Origin: Octopus sinensis
Lineage: Eukaryota
DNA length: 64,000 bases
NCBI RefSeq assembly: GCF_006345805.1
Contig: NC_043005.1
Location: 15,996,001 to 16,060,000, forward strand
Direction: 5' to 3'
Shown here: positions 62,106-64,000 of the stretch, in pieces
How the letters are laid out: each line of letters opens with the position of its first letter
Position numbering within the stretch: position 1 is the first letter of the stretch
Translations under genes and position numbers: made by a program
The notes under the pieces: generated by a model
The model's input: the letters and a program-made list of their open reading frames with translations, nothing else
Databases searched by the model: none
What the model was told of the DNA's origin: nothing

Positions 62106-62150
62106 GTCTTACAGCTGTTTCTGGGTTATTATGCATATCCCTTCAGAGAC
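62106..62150 (-). ncRNA. Degenerate minimal hammerhead motif within a non-coding element of about 250 bp
   Basis: Minus strand: GUCU CUGAAG GGG-AUAUGCAUAAUAA-CCC A GAAAC AGCU GUA AGAC. A9 is missing or substituted. Confidence 0.5.
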
Positions 62151-62379
62151 GATGTGAGATGTTTAAATAGAGGTAAATATTTGAGTTCGAAATAAGGAAT
62201 TATTATGGAAAAGGAGGAGATATGGAATACAGAGGGAAATAAGAGAATGAAAGTAGAAAAAAATAAAATATATAATATATATATGTGTGTGAGTGTGTGT
62301 GTATTTATGTATGTATGTATATATTTACATATATATATAAATGTATGTATATATGTATATATATATATATAATATATAT

Positions 62380-62415
<36 letters not shown>

Positions 62416-62417
<2 letters not shown>

Positions 62418-63010
62418 ATAGAAATATTAAAATTACTAAGTCTCTCTACAAGAGATCGCGACAGCGCTACTGGAAATTAATTGATATCGCCATACTAATA
62501 TGGTAGTCTTTTAGAGAGACTTAGTAATTTTAATATTTCTATTATTGAAAACAAGTGGTATATTCCACCGAAACTAGGTAAATAAAGGCCTTCGAACAGA
62601 GACGTTAGTGGCGACGCTTGCTGGGTCTGGCTACGCTACATTGACAAAGGGCAAATACCCTGAAACGCGTCTGTAGCTGTTGGACTAGCAGTGTGAAGCG
62701 GCTCACCTCCCTTATTCGAAGGCTTAAAGTGGATACAGTTTGTGTATCAAGTAGCTATCTTAAGGCGGATGGCCTCATGGAGCTAATAAGCGACAGTTTT
62801 AGTCTTATATAAGACTACCATATTAGTATGGCGATATCAATTAATATATATATGTTTGTATTGGCTTATGTTTTTCACTGTTTGATTTGCCTAATAGTGG
62901 TTTTATCTCTAATTTAATATAATATAATATAATATATTTATACTATAAAATTGGATTTAATCCTAAATCTAATTTTTCCCTGTAAGTTTGGATTTATTCC
63001 CTATAGTATT
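62416..63010. mobile_element. Nested foldback element plus shared terminal module, in (TA)n
   Basis: Inverted pairs 62416-62448/62512-62544 and 62476-62510/62811-62845. The terminal module matches 43860-44008. Confidence 0.85.
62635..62677 (+). ncRNA. Minimal type-I hammerhead motif with U3-A8 core
   Basis: GCUACA UUGACAA AGGG-CAAAUA-CCCU GAAAC GC GUC UGUAGC. Predicted cleavage after C62671. Confidence 0.8.
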
Positions 63011-63027
63011 ATATATTATATATATAT

Positions 63028-63060
<33 letters not shown>

Positions 63061-63069
63061 GTTTATATT

Positions 63070-63113
<44 letters not shown>

Positions 63114-63495
63114 CTCGCTCACGTATACACACATACTCAAGATGAGTCACGTGTTCCCTGACCATTTTAACTTTATGTATTATTCAAATACGCAAAAGAA
63201 TTTTGTGAACACACTGTATATTTATGTGTTTGCAAAATTTCGTGCTAACATATATGCAAACATATATACACACATTGGTCGTCATGCCGTCTGTCTGTCG
63301 TTTCTGAATGGAACTAAACATCCCACATAACATTTTCCTGTGTCTATTTTGTTTTTTTTCTTTTCTCTCTCTTTATGCCTTTCCTTCGGTGTGCCTGTCT
63401 CCTTCCTGTGCAGTTTATTTCCAGATGCCAAGATTGAAAATTTCATTATGTATAACATAGCGTTTACATACGTACATACATATTCTATGCTAATT

Positions 63496-63548
<53 letters not shown>

Positions 63549-63554
63549 TATATA

Positions 63555-63620
63555 TACTCTTTTACTTGCTTCCGTCATTTGACTTTGGTCATGCTGGAGC
63601 ACCGCCTTTAGTCGACCAAA
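63555..63620 (-). mobile_element. SINE family A tail only
   Basis: CTCTTTTACTTGCTTCCGTCATTTGAC...CATGCTGGAGCACCGCCTTTAGTCGA. Confidence 0.7.
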
Positions 63621-64000
63621 TATTATATATATATAATATTTAATAATAATAAAAAAAAAAACAATGTAAAATTTATCGTTACTCACCAATAATGAATGAT
63701 ATTGATTTAAGACTATGATAATGAAAATAATGAAGGTAATGATTGCACATTAAAGAAAATCTAAAGCTCTTCAGGTTTACGCCTCTCCTTCAGGTGTTTT
63801 AGGGGGATGTCGTATCTTCCTGCAAGGCTTTTGTTGATGGGCTTCAGGAACATTGCGATGGGGATTTGCTGTCGTTGTTTCTTCATGGTGGTGAGGAGAG
63901 TTTTATATGTCTGCATGGTCGCATCAGTGGTATTTTTATATTGGAGAGACAGAACGGTCTAGGGATCCCGTGCTTCCACCTTCCCTTGCAATTCCTTTGC

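Overview
Repeat-saturated, AT-rich eukaryotic DNA. The SINE repertoire and microsatellite load resemble Octopus (cephalopod) genomes; this is an inference. I found no supportable host gene exon and no prokaryotic system. Contents: a complete but nonsense-inactivated hAT transposon (4209-8012, 8-bp TSD GTTTCTAC); R4/Dong-like restriction-like-endonuclease LINEs sitting in (TAA)n tracts; CR1/L2-group LINEs in (TA)n tracts, including a near full-length copy whose ORF1 has a Myb/SANT-like domain and polyQ; RTE fossils; Tc1/mariner deletion derivatives; non-autonomous Helitrons; several tRNA-derived SINE families; a 1.7-kb (TATG)n array; and a 29-unit 32-bp minisatellite. The most interesting signal is a set of short non-coding elements in microsatellite tracts, mostly foldback-structured, that carry minimal type-I hammerhead ribozyme motifs with palindromic helix III. 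Six motifs were found: 42462-42504(-), 42545-42587(+), 56138-56173(-), 60640-60727(+), 62106-62150(-) and 62635-62677(+). One has a compensatory U3-A8 core, and one pair lies back-to-back in a perfect 153-bp-arm palindrome. Three foldbacks share a constant terminal module but differ in cargo, which suggests a Penelope-derived, retrozyme-like non-autonomous family. Ribozyme activity is untested. Short-range coordinates were read by eye; the ends of degenerate repeats are approximate.
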